DNA of 64,000 nt from Tannerellaceae bacterium (GCA_051660585.1 JBOFPV010000040.1:64841-128840), one strand, 5' to 3'; positions 1-9,318 are shown, counted from the first letter of the stretch. The notes: generated from the sequence alone by a model not told the origin. A program made the numbers and translations.

Positions 1-2
1 AA

Positions 3-272
3 ACCAAACGCGAGCAACAAATCATCGACAAAGAACGTCAAGTTCAAGATTTGAGAAAGAAATATTTCGGTCCGGAAGGCGAGATGTTTCGTCGTCGCGA
101 AGCAATGATCGCCCCTATCCAAGAAGATATTTACGAGGCTGTGAAACTACTTTCACAAGAAAACGGTTATCAATTAGTTTTGGATCGTGCAAGTTCATCA
201 GGCATAATATTTGCAACTCCTAAAATTGATATCAGCAACGATGTCCTTGCAACATTAGGATATTCAAAATAA
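3..272 (+). CDS. OmpH/Skp-family periplasmic chaperone, 5'-truncated by the window edge
   Basis: The frame is open from base 3. The product is rich in K/E/Q coiled-coil sequence and ends ...DISNDVLATLGYSK. A second OmpH-like gene follows directly, the usual Bacteroidota tandem. Confidence 0.7.
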   Translation, partial: TKREQQIIDKERQVQDLRKKYFGPEGEMFRRREAMIAPIQEDIYEAVKLLSQENGYQLVLDRASSSGIIFATPKIDISNDVLATLGYSK

Positions 273-328
273 TTCCTTACATTTGCGGTTATAACTGATA
301 AATAATAAATTGTAAATTCAATAACAAA

Positions 329-835
329 ATGAAGAAATTAGTAATGCTACTTTTGGCGATTGTTCCTTTCGTTGGTGCGATTGCTCAAACTCAAAAAATC
401 GGATACGTTAAGACAGGCGAAATTTTCAACGCTATGCCAGAACTTCCTGGTATCGAGAAACAATTGAACGACTTGCAAGAAACATATCAGAAAGAATTGA
501 AAAGCATGCAAAGCGAATATGACAAAAAGTATTCTGACTTTATTGCACAAGGCGATTCTTTGACTGAGAACATCAAAATGAAAAGAATGCAAGAGCTTCA
601 AGACCTTGAGCAAAGAATGCAAAACGTATATCAAGTTGCTCAACAAGACAACATGAAAAAGCAACAAGAACTTCTTGCTCCGGTACAACAAAAGATTGCT
701 GACGCGATCAAAGCTGTAGGTACTGAAAACGGTTTTGCATATCTTCTAGAAAACAATCCACAGATTGTATTATTTGTAGGAGCTGGCGCAGTAGACGCAA
801 CTCCACAAGTAAAAGCAAAACTTGGTTTGAAATAA
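329..835 (+). CDS. OmpH/Skp-family periplasmic chaperone
   Basis: Signal peptide MKKLVMLLLAIVPFVGAIAQ, then about 150 aa of coiled-coil-like K/E/Q-rich sequence. Size and layout are typical of the OmpH family. Confidence 0.85.
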   Translation: MKKLVMLLLAIVPFVGAIAQTQKIGYVKTGEIFNAMPELPGIEKQLNDLQETYQKELKSMQSEYDKKYSDFIAQGDSLTENIKMKRMQELQDLEQRMQNVYQVAQQDNMKKQQELLAPVQQKIADAIKAVGTENGFAYLLENNPQIVLFVGAGAVDATPQVKAKLGLK

Positions 836-858
836 TCAACAACAAGATATAACATTAC

Positions 859-896
859 GAAAGGATGCCCGCACAACAGGCATCCTTTCTTTTATT
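859..896 (+). terminator. Rho-independent terminator after the OmpH genes
   Basis: An 11-bp stem GAAAGGATGCC / GGCATCCTTTC (859-869 / 879-889) with a 9-nt loop, followed by TTTTATT. Confidence 0.6.
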
Positions 897-908
897 CATG
901 CAATTGTT

Positions 909-1745
909 ATGCAGTTATCATCCAAACCGGGACCCATCGGGTTGTTCGACTCCGGCTATGGGGGACTTACCATCCTGGACAAAATAAAAGAACATCTTCC
1001 TCAGTACGATTACCTTTATTTGGGCGACAATGCGCGCGCACCCTACGGCACGCGTTCGTTCGAAGTCGTATATGAATTTACCCGTCAAGCAGTATATAAA
1101 CTATTCGAAGAAGGATGCCAACTGGTAATTCTAGCTTGCAACACGGCATCTGCCAAAGCACTTCGCACCATTCAGCAACGCGATCTTCCACAGTGGGATC
1201 CCAGCCGTCGCGTGTTGGGCGTGATACGTCCTACCGTAGAGGTAATTGACAACATCACACACACCAAGCATGTTGGCGTATTGGCAACAGCAGGAACCAT
1301 TTCGTCCCAATCATATCCGATCGAGATTCATAAGATCAATCCGGAGATAGAGGTCGTGGGCGAAGCATGTCCGATGTGGGTGCCATTGGTCGAGAACAAT
1401 GAATTTGCCGCAGAAGGAGCCGACTATTTTGTAAAGAAAAACATCGACCACATCTTAAACACCGATCCACAGATCGATACCCTTATACTCGGGTGCACGC
1501 ATTATCCGTTGTTGCTCGAGAAGATCAGGCAATATACGCCCGCACACATTGAGTTGGTAGCACAAGGAGACTATGTGGCCGCAAGTTTGGAAGACTATCT
1601 TTTGCGTCATCCCGAAATGGAGCAGCGCATCACACGCGGCGGAACCATGCGCTTTCAAACCACCGAATCGGTATCGAAGTTTGCCGAAACAGCCGAAGTC
1701 TTTCTTAAAAACAAGATCGAAGCCGAACGCATTACACTTCGCTAA
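909..1745 (+). CDS. murI: Glutamate racemase
   Basis: Motifs DSGYGGLT, ILACNTASA and LGCTHYP carry the two catalytic Cys regions. Length is 278 aa. Confidence 0.95.
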   Translation: MQLSSKPGPIGLFDSGYGGLTILDKIKEHLPQYDYLYLGDNARAPYGTRSFEVVYEFTRQAVYKLFEEGCQLVILACNTASAKALRTIQQRDLPQWDPSRRVLGVIRPTVEVIDNITHTKHVGVLATAGTISSQSYPIEIHKINPEIEVVGEACPMWVPLVENNEFAAEGADYFVKKNIDHILNTDPQIDTLILGCTHYPLLLEKIRQYTPAHIELVAQGDYVAASLEDYLLRHPEMEQRITRGGTMRFQTTESVSKFAETAEVFLKNKIEAERITLR

Positions 1746-1857
1746 AGCAACAAACGCAATCGCCGCATTGAGGTGAGCAACTTTTCTTAAAGCCGTCTTT
1801 CTGATTTGACAAATACGAAACGCAAACAATGCCCTCGGGCAAAACTTTCCTTCAACG

Positions 1858-2565
1858 ATGGATCCATTCAAAACTCTGCAAACGAACCTGTGGTTTACAC
1901 TGCTTCTTTGTTGTTTTCTTCTGCCGTACATGCCGTTGAAGGCACAAACAAAAACTCCGGCAATCAACGACCTGCTCATGCAGCAAAGCAAACTAATTGA
2001 TGTGGCACAGCTCGACACCACCCTGCGTGTACACATCGTGTATGCAACAGATCAGAACTTCTTGGGAAAGAACCTCTACGAAGGCATTACCAAAGCATGG
2101 CTTCGCGACGAAGTTGCCCGCATGGTAGTAAAAGCCAATCAACTACTCAAGGCCAAATACCCTTCCTATACCTTGCTGATTCTCGACGCGGCGCGCCCCA
2201 TGCGGGTGCAGCAACAAATGTGGAAATCAGTGGTGGGGACAAAAAACTCCATCTATGTTTCCAATCCGGCACGAGGAGGCGGACTTCACAACTACGGCGC
2301 GGCGGTAGATGTAACCATTCTGGATGAAAACGGAACACCCTTACCGATGGGCACCGCTTATGACCACTTCGGAAAAGAAGCACACATCGACAACGAAGCC
2401 GAACTGGTAGCAACGGGCAAGATCACAGCAGCCGAGCGCACCAATCGACTCTTGCTTCGCGACACCATGCGCAAGGCCGGATTCAGAACCATCCGCTCCG
2501 AGTGGTGGCACTTCAATGCCTATTCACGCGCGTATGCCGTAGAGAATCTGCCGTTGATTCATTGA
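1858..2565 (+). CDS. M15-family D-alanyl-D-alanine dipeptidase (VanX/DdpX-like) with an N-terminal signal peptide
   Basis: HNYGAAVDVT and RSEWWHF are Zn-ligand and catalytic motifs typical of the VanX-type M15 peptidase. The hydrophobic N-terminus is ...LLLCCFLLPYMPLKAQ. Confidence 0.8.
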   Translation: MDPFKTLQTNLWFTLLLCCFLLPYMPLKAQTKTPAINDLLMQQSKLIDVAQLDTTLRVHIVYATDQNFLGKNLYEGITKAWLRDEVARMVVKANQLLKAKYPSYTLLILDAARPMRVQQQMWKSVVGTKNSIYVSNPARGGGLHNYGAAVDVTILDENGTPLPMGTAYDHFGKEAHIDNEAELVATGKITAAERTNRLLLRDTMRKAGFRTIRSEWWHFNAYSRAYAVENLPLIH

Positions 2566-2617
2566 CCTGAACGGAAAACACAATATACTTTTCTTTTACT
2601 TGTTAAATTATTTGGAC

Positions 2618-3970
2618 ATGCACTTAAAGACCAACGGACTACGACTTAAACTACAACAGCTTACGTGGCCCATCTTCTTCGAAACGTTACTCATTATGAT
2701 GCTAGGTGTGGTAGATACTACCATGTTGAGCCAATATTCTGACAACTCCGTGGCGGCAGTGGGAGTCGTAAACCAGTTGCTCACGATGATCTTTATCTTG
2801 TTCAACGTGACGGTAACCGGAACTTCGGTACTCTGCTCGCAATACTTCGGGAGCGACGATGTGAAAAGCTTTGTCAAAGTGATGGGAGTCTCCATCTTGT
2901 TCAATATCGTGATTGGCGGAGTAATCAGCCTTTCGTTGGTATTCTTCAGCGGAACCTTTCTGCAATGGATGGACATACGTCCCGATCTTATGGGCGAAGC
3001 CAAAAGTTATATGGAGATCGTGGGCGGTTTTGCCTTTCTGCAAGCATTGAGTCTTACGGTTTCGGCGGTGATGCGTAGTGCAAGCCGACCCAAGTATGCC
3101 ATGTATGTGACACTGCTTGTCAACTTGCTCAATATTGTGGGCAACTATACGCTGATCTTCGGTAAGTTTGGAATGCCCGAGTTGGGTGTAACAGGCGCGG
3201 CCATGTCCACTTCTGTCTGCCGATTCGTAGCCATGACCGTTTTGTTTGTAGTGTTATTCACACGTCTTGTTAATAACTTTTCTTTTTCGTTGTTTCGGCC
3301 GTTTCCGTGGGAGCAACTGCGCAACCTACTGCGTATCGGTATTCCGGCAGCCGGAGAGCAGTTTTCCTATTGTCTTTCGCAGGTAGTGATCATCTACTTT
3401 ATCAATATCTTGGGCAACGAAGCCTTGGCGGCACAAGCCTACGTGCGCAACATTGTCATCGTAGGTTACCTGTTTTCGTTGTCGATTGCGCAAGGAAATG
3501 CCATCATTGTAGGCAATATGGTGGGAGCCGGAAAGAAGAAAGTTGCCTATTTGATGGGGCTTTTCTGTTTGAAGCGAACGCTTATTATCACCGCAGTGGT
3601 AAGTGTGGCCGTTATTGTAGTGGCTAAACCGATTCTGGGTTTCTTTACGCACAATCCCGAGATCATAACGATTGCATTTGCGGCTATCATCGTAGACGCG
3701 TTTTTGGAGCAAGGTAGGGCTGCGGTACTTATCTTCCTGCTCGGACTTCGTTCGGCAGGTGACGTAATCTTTCCCGTTGTGTTGGGGTTGTTCTCCATGT
3801 GGTTCTTTGCCGTCTTCGTGGGGCATACGTTGGGGATTACATTGGGGTTGGGACTGGCCGGAATGTGGGCCGCTTTTGCGATGGACGAATGTTTTCGAGG
3901 CGCCATGCTTATGATTCGTTGGAAAAGTAAACGGTGGATGAGACGCCGCTCGTATAGCACTGCTGGATAA
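2618..3970 (+). CDS. MATE-family efflux transporter
   Basis: Polytopic protein of about 450 aa with roughly 12 TM segments and a MATE-like layout. I prefer the ATG at 2618 (MHLKTNG...) to the TTG at 2600 given in the track. Confidence 0.85.
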   Translation: MHLKTNGLRLKLQQLTWPIFFETLLIMMLGVVDTTMLSQYSDNSVAAVGVVNQLLTMIFILFNVTVTGTSVLCSQYFGSDDVKSFVKVMGVSILFNIVIGGVISLSLVFFSGTFLQWMDIRPDLMGEAKSYMEIVGGFAFLQALSLTVSAVMRSASRPKYAMYVTLLVNLLNIVGNYTLIFGKFGMPELGVTGAAMSTSVCRFVAMTVLFVVLFTRLVNNFSFSLFRPFPWEQLRNLLRIGIPAAGEQFSYCLSQVVIIYFINILGNEALAAQAYVRNIVIVGYLFSLSIAQGNAIIVGNMVGAGKKKVAYLMGLFCLKRTLIITAVVSVAVIVVAKPILGFFTHNPEIITIAFAAIIVDAFLEQGRAAVLIFLLGLRSAGDVIFPVVLGLFSMWFFAVFVGHTLGITLGLGLAGMWAAFAMDECFRGAMLMIRWKSKRWMRRRSYSTAG

Positions 3971-3977
3971 AACAAAC

Positions 3978-4161
3978 GAAGAACGAATCGTTTGATGCCC
4001 ATCAAACAATTCATTCTTCACTAGTTTCAAATCGTTCGATGCCCATCAAACGATTTACTCTTCATTAGATTCAAATCGTCAGGTGCCGACCTGACGATTC
4101 AGTCTTCACTATGATTAAATCGTCAGACCGCCATCTGACGATTCGATGTTCGTTATCATTG
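3978..4161. repeat. Array of four tandem 44-bp units, each with a 26-nt hairpin (REP/BIME-like)
   Basis: Hairpins lie at 3986-4011, 4030-4055, 4074-4099 and 4118-4143, so the starts are exactly 44 bp apart. The pattern is AATCGT-N4/5-GC-rich loop-N'-ACGATT, and the linkers share CTTCA[CT]TA. Confidence 0.85.
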
Positions 4162-4230
4162 AAAATAAACAAAACGATAAAGTACTTCGACGGTTGTTTT
4201 CTTGTACGATCAATTTGATGTCTTGTTGAT

Positions 4231-4608
4231 TCAATCAGCGTCGACAATGGTTTTACCGAAAGGAGTAAGTGCCAAAGCTGCCAGTTTGAAGTGTTGCACA
4301 CCAAAAGGAATACCGATAATGGTGATGCACAGGAAAAGACCGAATGCAAGGTGAGAAAGGCAAATCCAGATGCCGCCTACCAAGATCCAGATAATATTCA
4401 TCAGTACCGAAAGGCAACCGCCTGCGCTATCTGTTGTAACTACTTTCTTTCCGAAAGGCCACAGTGCCATGCCGGCCATCTTTAGTGTTTGCAGTCCGAA
4501 GGGAATGCCCACAATGGTAATCATCATCAAGATGCTGGAGATAAAGTATTCTACAGCTGTGACAATACCGCCGAAGATGAGCCATACAATGTTGAGTAAT
4601 ACATTCAT
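4231..4608 (-). CDS. yccF: YccF-family inner-membrane protein
   Basis: A 125-aa protein with two internal repeats of the ...IGIPFG.Q..K.A..AL.PFGK.. motif, characteristic of YccF/DUF307. Confidence 0.85.
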   Translation of the reverse strand: MNVLLNIVWLIFGGIVTAVEYFISSILMMITIVGIPFGLQTLKMAGMALWPFGKKVVTTDSAGGCLSVLMNIIWILVGGIWICLSHLAFGLFLCITIIGIPFGVQHFKLAALALTPFGKTIVDAD

Positions 4609-4725
4609 AGGTTCTATGCTTTTTTTAGTTTTATGCTAGATAAGAGGGAACCGCTACCATTGCTTCGGGCAAAGGCTCGCTTGGCATATGTGTATACCTT
4701 GCAATGAGCAGCGGCGTAGGCGATA

Positions 4726-6024
4726 TTATCGTGTCGCGAGCTGTTCGTTGCTTTGGGGCGTAACGGGTGAAGCCGGAGATGTCGAGTCTTGAGCGGCTAA
4801 CAGTAAGTCGATTACCCTCTCTTTTACAACAGAAAAACTGTCGGTAAGTTCGCCGCGAATAGGTTTTGATGGAGGTGCTTCCATGCTGAGCGGATTGATC
4901 GGTGTTCCGTTTTTGTGTACACGGAAGTCGAGGTGAGGCCCCGAAGACAATCCCGTAGAACCTACATAGGCCACTACTTGTCCTTGCTGTACTTTCGAGC
5001 CTACTTCAATTCCTTTTGCAAACTTCGAAAGGTGCATGTAAGTGGTGGTATAGGATGAGTTGTGTCGAATCACCAGATAGTTTCCTCCGCCACCTGCTTG
5101 ATATGCCTTCTTGATCACAGTTCCGCTACCGATGGTTTTTACCGGAGTTCCTACCGGAGCTGCATAGTCGATGCCATGGTGCGGACGGTAGATTTTCAAG
5201 ATCGGATGCTTGCGTGCATTCGAAAAGCGAGATGTGATGCGGAAGAAGTCGAGCGGAGCCTTCAGGAATTCCTTTTGCAAACTGTTTCCTTCGAGGTCGT
5301 AATATTCTACAACACTATCTTGCGCAAAAGGGATGGCATGATAGGTTTTTCCGTTGTGCATAAACTCAACACCTTCGATCGATGCAATGCGAAGCGGGAT
5401 GGAGTCGTCGACAAAGGCTTCATTGTAAATGGCCTTAAAGGAGTCGCCAACTTTGATGTCGAAGAAATCGATTTGCCAAGCAAAAATGTCGGAAAGCTTG
5501 ATTGCCAACAAAGGATCGGCTCCGCTTTGGCGAATGCTGTTCCATAGCGATGAGGTGATGGTGCCCGAGATGCTGCGTTGCTTGAGGGTAACCTCTTTGT
5601 TGAACGGGTAGATCGAAACCGAATCTTTCAGGTCAACAACGACAAACTCCGTAGGGGTTTTACCAAAAACTACGTATTGTAGGCGTGCCGTCGAGTCTTG
5701 CGCGTAGAAAGCGGTATAAGGCATCCCGATGTTCAGCTTATTGGGTTCGAGCAGTCCGCCCGAGCGATCGCAGAGGGTATTGGCAAGCGCCAAGTCTACG
5801 CCCAATGAGGTGAATATCGAAGCAGGGTTGTCGCCACGCTTGATTGCAAACTCTTGAATGTCGAATGAGTCGGCCGGAAGTCCGTAAACTAAGTTTTGCG
5901 GAATGGTATCTTCCACGATGATTTCTTCCGGTGCCGGTGGTGGAGTACTTTGGCGGTTACAAGCCGCGAGCAGTACGAGTACTCCGATTGTGAGTAAGGG
6001 TAGTATTTTCTTTTTCATATCCAT
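4726..6024 (-). CDS. M23-family metallopeptidase (LytM-like), lipoprotein
   Basis: HHGIDYAAPVGTPV and GSTGLSSGPHLDFRV are M23 Zn motifs. The lipobox-like N-terminus is ...LVLLAAC. Confidence 0.9.
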   Translation of the reverse strand: MDMKKKILPLLTIGVLVLLAACNRQSTPPPAPEEIIVEDTIPQNLVYGLPADSFDIQEFAIKRGDNPASIFTSLGVDLALANTLCDRSGGLLEPNKLNIGMPYTAFYAQDSTARLQYVVFGKTPTEFVVVDLKDSVSIYPFNKEVTLKQRSISGTITSSLWNSIRQSGADPLLAIKLSDIFAWQIDFFDIKVGDSFKAIYNEAFVDDSIPLRIASIEGVEFMHNGKTYHAIPFAQDSVVEYYDLEGNSLQKEFLKAPLDFFRITSRFSNARKHPILKIYRPHHGIDYAAPVGTPVKTIGSGTVIKKAYQAGGGGNYLVIRHNSSYTTTYMHLSKFAKGIEVGSKVQQGQVVAYVGSTGLSSGPHLDFRVHKNGTPINPLSMEAPPSKPIRGELTDSFSVVKERVIDLLLAAQDSTSPASPVTPQSNEQLATR

Positions 6025-6283
6025 TAAGACCGTTGATACGAATATACGGAAAATCAGAAGAAAAGATCTTATTATTGATAAAGTTAAACTGTTTTTTTAG
6101 TTTAGGAACAGCTCATTCGGTATAAATTGAAAGAAAGCGGTTTGTTTTCGAATGAAATAAGTAAAATGTACGATTATTTCTAAATTATGAGTATTTAACC
6201 TAGAAGTATAATTAATGCTATTTATTAAACATAACTTTGTGGTCGGGTGTTTTATTCATCGTACAAGTAAAATACATAATTCT

Positions 6284-6790
6284 ATGAAAATGAAACGTAT
6301 CTTTTTAGGAACAATGGCTTTTTCCGCTATTGCATTGATGATCACATCTTGTGGCAATAAAAAACAGCAACAAGATGCAGGTGTTGTTGAAGAAACAATA
6401 GAAGAAGTTGTGGCAGTTGCAGAACCGGCACAAACGATGACCGCTAAGGATTTGAATGGTAAATGGAAAATTTCTTCTGTAAACGGAGAAGCAATCGCAC
6501 CTAAAGAAGAGGCATTCTTAGAGATTAATGTTGACTCTATGAAAATTCATGGTAAATTGGGATGTAATATCTACAATACTACATTTGAATTGGGTACTGA
6601 CAATGCAAACCATATCAAGATCAACGATGGTATGTTGACAATGATGACTTGTCCTGATCAAGCAATCGAAGATAAGATTGTAAAGGCACTTCCTACAGTT
6701 ACCGGCTTTGAAGAGGTTACTTGTGATAGTGCAACTTGTGTAGGACTAATCGATGAAACCGGCAATCCGGTAATCGTTTTGTCTAAATAA
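6284..6790 (+). CDS. META-domain (HslJ-like) lipoprotein
   Basis: LNGKWKISSVNGEAI..., KIHGKLGCN and MTCPDQ show the META-domain pattern. The start is set at MKMKRIF... with lipobox ITSC. Confidence 0.75.
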   Translation: MKMKRIFLGTMAFSAIALMITSCGNKKQQQDAGVVEETIEEVVAVAEPAQTMTAKDLNGKWKISSVNGEAIAPKEEAFLEINVDSMKIHGKLGCNIYNTTFELGTDNANHIKINDGMLTMMTCPDQAIEDKIVKALPTVTGFEEVTCDSATCVGLIDETGNPVIVLSK

Positions 6791-6811
6791 TAAACAAAAG
6801 ATAAACAAATT

Positions 6812-7243
6812 ATGAGTCTGAAGAAAATATGTTCTTTATTCGTTATTCTTATTGCCGGCTTTGCCTGCAAGTCTTCAAAACAACAGCCTATGTCTTACAA
6901 TGCGCTTAATGGCGAATGGAAAGTGGTAGCGATCGAAAATCGTGAAGTGGCAAAAGATCTTGAAGCTCCTGTGGTAACGTTTGATACGGAAAATAATCGT
7001 GTATCGGGCTTTGCAGGTTGCAACCGAATCAATGCTGCGGTAGCGAAAGAATCGAATGAAGGTACTTTGGTATTGGGTCCGGCAATGTCTACTCGTATGG
7101 CGTGTCCCGATATGGAGCTTGAAACGGCTTTGATCAAAGCAATGGGCGAAATAAACGGTTACAAGATGGAAGGCGGTAAAACTCCGGCTTTGATCTTAAC
7201 GAACAAAGAAAACAAAGAAGTCTTGAAGCTTATCCGTAAGTAA
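6812..7243 (+). CDS. META-domain (HslJ-like) lipoprotein
   Basis: LNGEWKVVAIENREV, VSGFAGCNRINA and STRMACPD mark it as a paralogue of the preceding gene. Lipobox is GFAC. Confidence 0.75.
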   Translation: MSLKKICSLFVILIAGFACKSSKQQPMSYNALNGEWKVVAIENREVAKDLEAPVVTFDTENNRVSGFAGCNRINAAVAKESNEGTLVLGPAMSTRMACPDMELETALIKAMGEINGYKMEGGKTPALILTNKENKEVLKLIRK

Positions 7244-7294
7244 TCAAGTCATTTATTTTCAGTACAACATCAGAACTCAAAAAGGAATATTCAA

Positions 7295-7332
7295 AGAGGC
7301 TGCTTCACAGGGGATGAGGCAGCCTTTTTTAT
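7295..7332. terminator. Hairpin terminator between convergent genes
   Basis: Stem AGGCTGC / GCAGCCT with additional flanking pairs, followed by TTTTTTATTT on the plus strand. It lies immediately 3' of the minus-strand response-regulator stop codon. Confidence 0.5.
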
Positions 7333-8109
7333 TTAGCTGGTAAGCCAGTGTTTGAATTCGGTAGATCTGGCTTTGCTGATCAGTATTCGTTCTTGCATGG
7401 TGACGCGAAGATTGATCGATAGTCGGTTGTTGAACCACAGGTCAATGTCTTTTACGGTGCTTCGCGAGATAATATATTGTCTGTTTGCTCGAAAGAACTG
7501 TGCCGGGTCGAGGCTTTCTTGCAGTTCGTCGAGTGTTTGCTGCAACGTGTATTCGGTCTCGTTGTGCGTTTTTACTTTTACGCATCCGGCCTCAATGTAA
7601 ATACAAGCAATATCTTTTACGGCCAAAGGTATCAGTTTGTCTGATCGTGTAGGAACCAAGAAGTGTGTTTTGTATTGGTTGCCTTGCTTGAAGCTGTTGA
7701 TGAATTGGAGCAACGATTCGTCGGGCTTTTCTTCGGTTTTACTAAAGCGTGCCAGTTTGTCCAACGCACGATTCAAGTCTAGCGGATCGATAGGCTTGAG
7801 CAAGTAGTCGATGCTGTTTACTTTGAATGCTTTCAAAGCATACTCATCATAGGCAGTGGTGAAGATTACCGGGCAAGCAATCGTAGTACGTTCAAAGATT
7901 TCGAAGGCCGAGCCATCGGCAAGATGGATGTCTAGAAAAACTAAGTCGGGATGCCGGTTTTGAGAAAACCATTCTACCGCTTCGGCAATACTGTCGAGGC
8001 ATGCAATGGGATCTACCTCGTAATCTGTTTCACTCAATGCTGCCTTGAGGTTGCGTACCGCAGCCTTTTCGTCTTCTATGATAATTGCCTTTTTCATTCG
8101 TGTATACAT
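7333..8109 (-). CDS. LytTR-family two-component response regulator
   Basis: N-terminal receiver domain (IIIEDE..., VFLDIHL, ...TTAYDEYALKAF) and a C-terminal LytTR DNA-binding region. Length is 258 aa. Confidence 0.9.
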   Translation of the reverse strand: MYTRMKKAIIIEDEKAAVRNLKAALSETDYEVDPIACLDSIAEAVEWFSQNRHPDLVFLDIHLADGSAFEIFERTTIACPVIFTTAYDEYALKAFKVNSIDYLLKPIDPLDLNRALDKLARFSKTEEKPDESLLQFINSFKQGNQYKTHFLVPTRSDKLIPLAVKDIACIYIEAGCVKVKTHNETEYTLQQTLDELQESLDPAQFFRANRQYIISRSTVKDIDLWFNNRLSINLRVTMQERILISKARSTEFKHWLTS

Positions 8110-8122
8110 GTAGTGGTTGATA

Positions 8123-9205
8123 CTAAAGCATTGCCGGTTTGTTTCCTTTTTCGTTGATGAGAGGAAGCTTTACTTCGAATGTCTTCTCATCTGCCGATAT
8201 CAAGATCTCTTTGTTGTAGAGTAATTGATAGCGTTTCGACAGATTGGCTAGTCCTATTCCCGTACCTGCCTCGGTAGAAAGCTTTGTCTGTATCGGATTG
8301 CTTACACAAATATAATGGTCGGGCGTGAGAGCAACACGAATCATCAGCGGTTTTCTATTGCTTATTTCATTGTGTTTTACAGCATTCTCGATCAGTAATT
8401 GCAGAGACATAGGAGGAAGGGTGTCGTTGAGCACCGATTCGTCGATGTTGATCTCAAACGAAAGATTATCTTCGAAGCGCATTTTTAGCAAGTATATGTA
8501 AGCTTGCACAAAGTCCAACTCTTCTTTTAGTGTTACGCTTTTGTTTTCGTTGTCGTGTAGTGTGTAACGTAGCACGGCCGAAAGCTCCTTAATGTATGAA
8601 ATGGCAATGTGTTTGTCTTCGCGCACTAGCGACTGTAGCGTGTTGAGAGAGTTGAATAGCATGTGCGGATTGAGTTGGTTCTTCAGTGCTTCATACTGAT
8701 TTAGGATGTTTTCGGTAGAAAGCTTCTCGTTTTCGACCTGCACTTTTTGCTTTTGATGTATCAGCTCCATGATGTAACAACTGCCTACCACGATGATGCC
8801 GATTACAAGGTTGCGCACCGGATGCAGGTAGTGATGAATCTGCGTATTGATAGCGGGAACGTGAAAGTTCGTGTGCATATAAAAGAAGCCTTGGCCCAAA
8901 GCATGGCTTAGTAAAAGCATGCAAATGACGGTTGCGGCAATGTATCGCCAACGGGTAATCTTGTCTGGGGTAAAAGTTTTCAACAGGTAGGTGTTGAAAA
9001 GAAATAATGTAACCAGCGAGAAAACGGTAAATACGATTTCGGAGAGCAAGTCTTCTCCGCTGATATAGCCAAATAAAGAGGTAGTTTCCGGTTGCTCGAT
9101 ATAAGAGATTAGTTCGGGAAGATGCAGCAGTGTACCAACACTAGCTGAAATAATGAGGATAAACAGAATGTGATGTTCGATGATATGTTGAATGTTCTTA
9201 ATCAA
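8123..9205 (-). CDS. Sensor histidine kinase (LytS/YehU-type His_kinase domain)
   Basis: N-terminal TM segments, then NPHMLFNSLN (H-box of the LytS-type family), ENAVKHN (N-box) and GTGIGLANL (G-box). The start is apparently TTG. Confidence 0.85.
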   Translation of the reverse strand: MIKNIQHIIEHHILFILIISASVGTLLHLPELISYIEQPETTSLFGYISGEDLLSEIVFTVFSLVTLFLFNTYLLKTFTPDKITRWRYIAATVICMLLLSHALGQGFFYMHTNFHVPAINTQIHHYLHPVRNLVIGIIVVGSCYIMELIHQKQKVQVENEKLSTENILNQYEALKNQLNPHMLFNSLNTLQSLVREDKHIAISYIKELSAVLRYTLHDNENKSVTLKEELDFVQAYIYLLKMRFEDNLSFEINIDESVLNDTLPPMSLQLLIENAVKHNEISNRKPLMIRVALTPDHYICVSNPIQTKLSTEAGTGIGLANLSKRYQLLYNKEILISADEKTFEVKLPLINEKGNKPAML

Positions 9206-9318
9206 AGTGGAGCGTTTAGTAGTGTGAGTATAAAAGTTTGGTTCTTACAAAGATAATGATTGTCTGTAAAAAATAATATACCGGAGCCTTTGATCGAACT
9301 CCGGTATATTGTATGATG

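Noticed and set aside
3978-4161. Possible miniature CRISPR array, given the regularly spaced palindromic repeats.
   Set aside because: The period is only 44 bp, which leaves 18-nt linkers that are themselves related to each other. The hairpin sequences differ between units. No cas genes or leader are present. The same 4-unit block recurs at 45237-45412. A REP/BIME-like element fits better.
4071-4349. 92-aa minus-strand ORF (...IVRWRSDDLIIVKTESSGRHLTI).
   Set aside because: It is built from the repeat array and overlaps the 3' part of yccF in another frame. Its similarity to the spurious peptide at 45287 simply reflects the shared DNA repeat.
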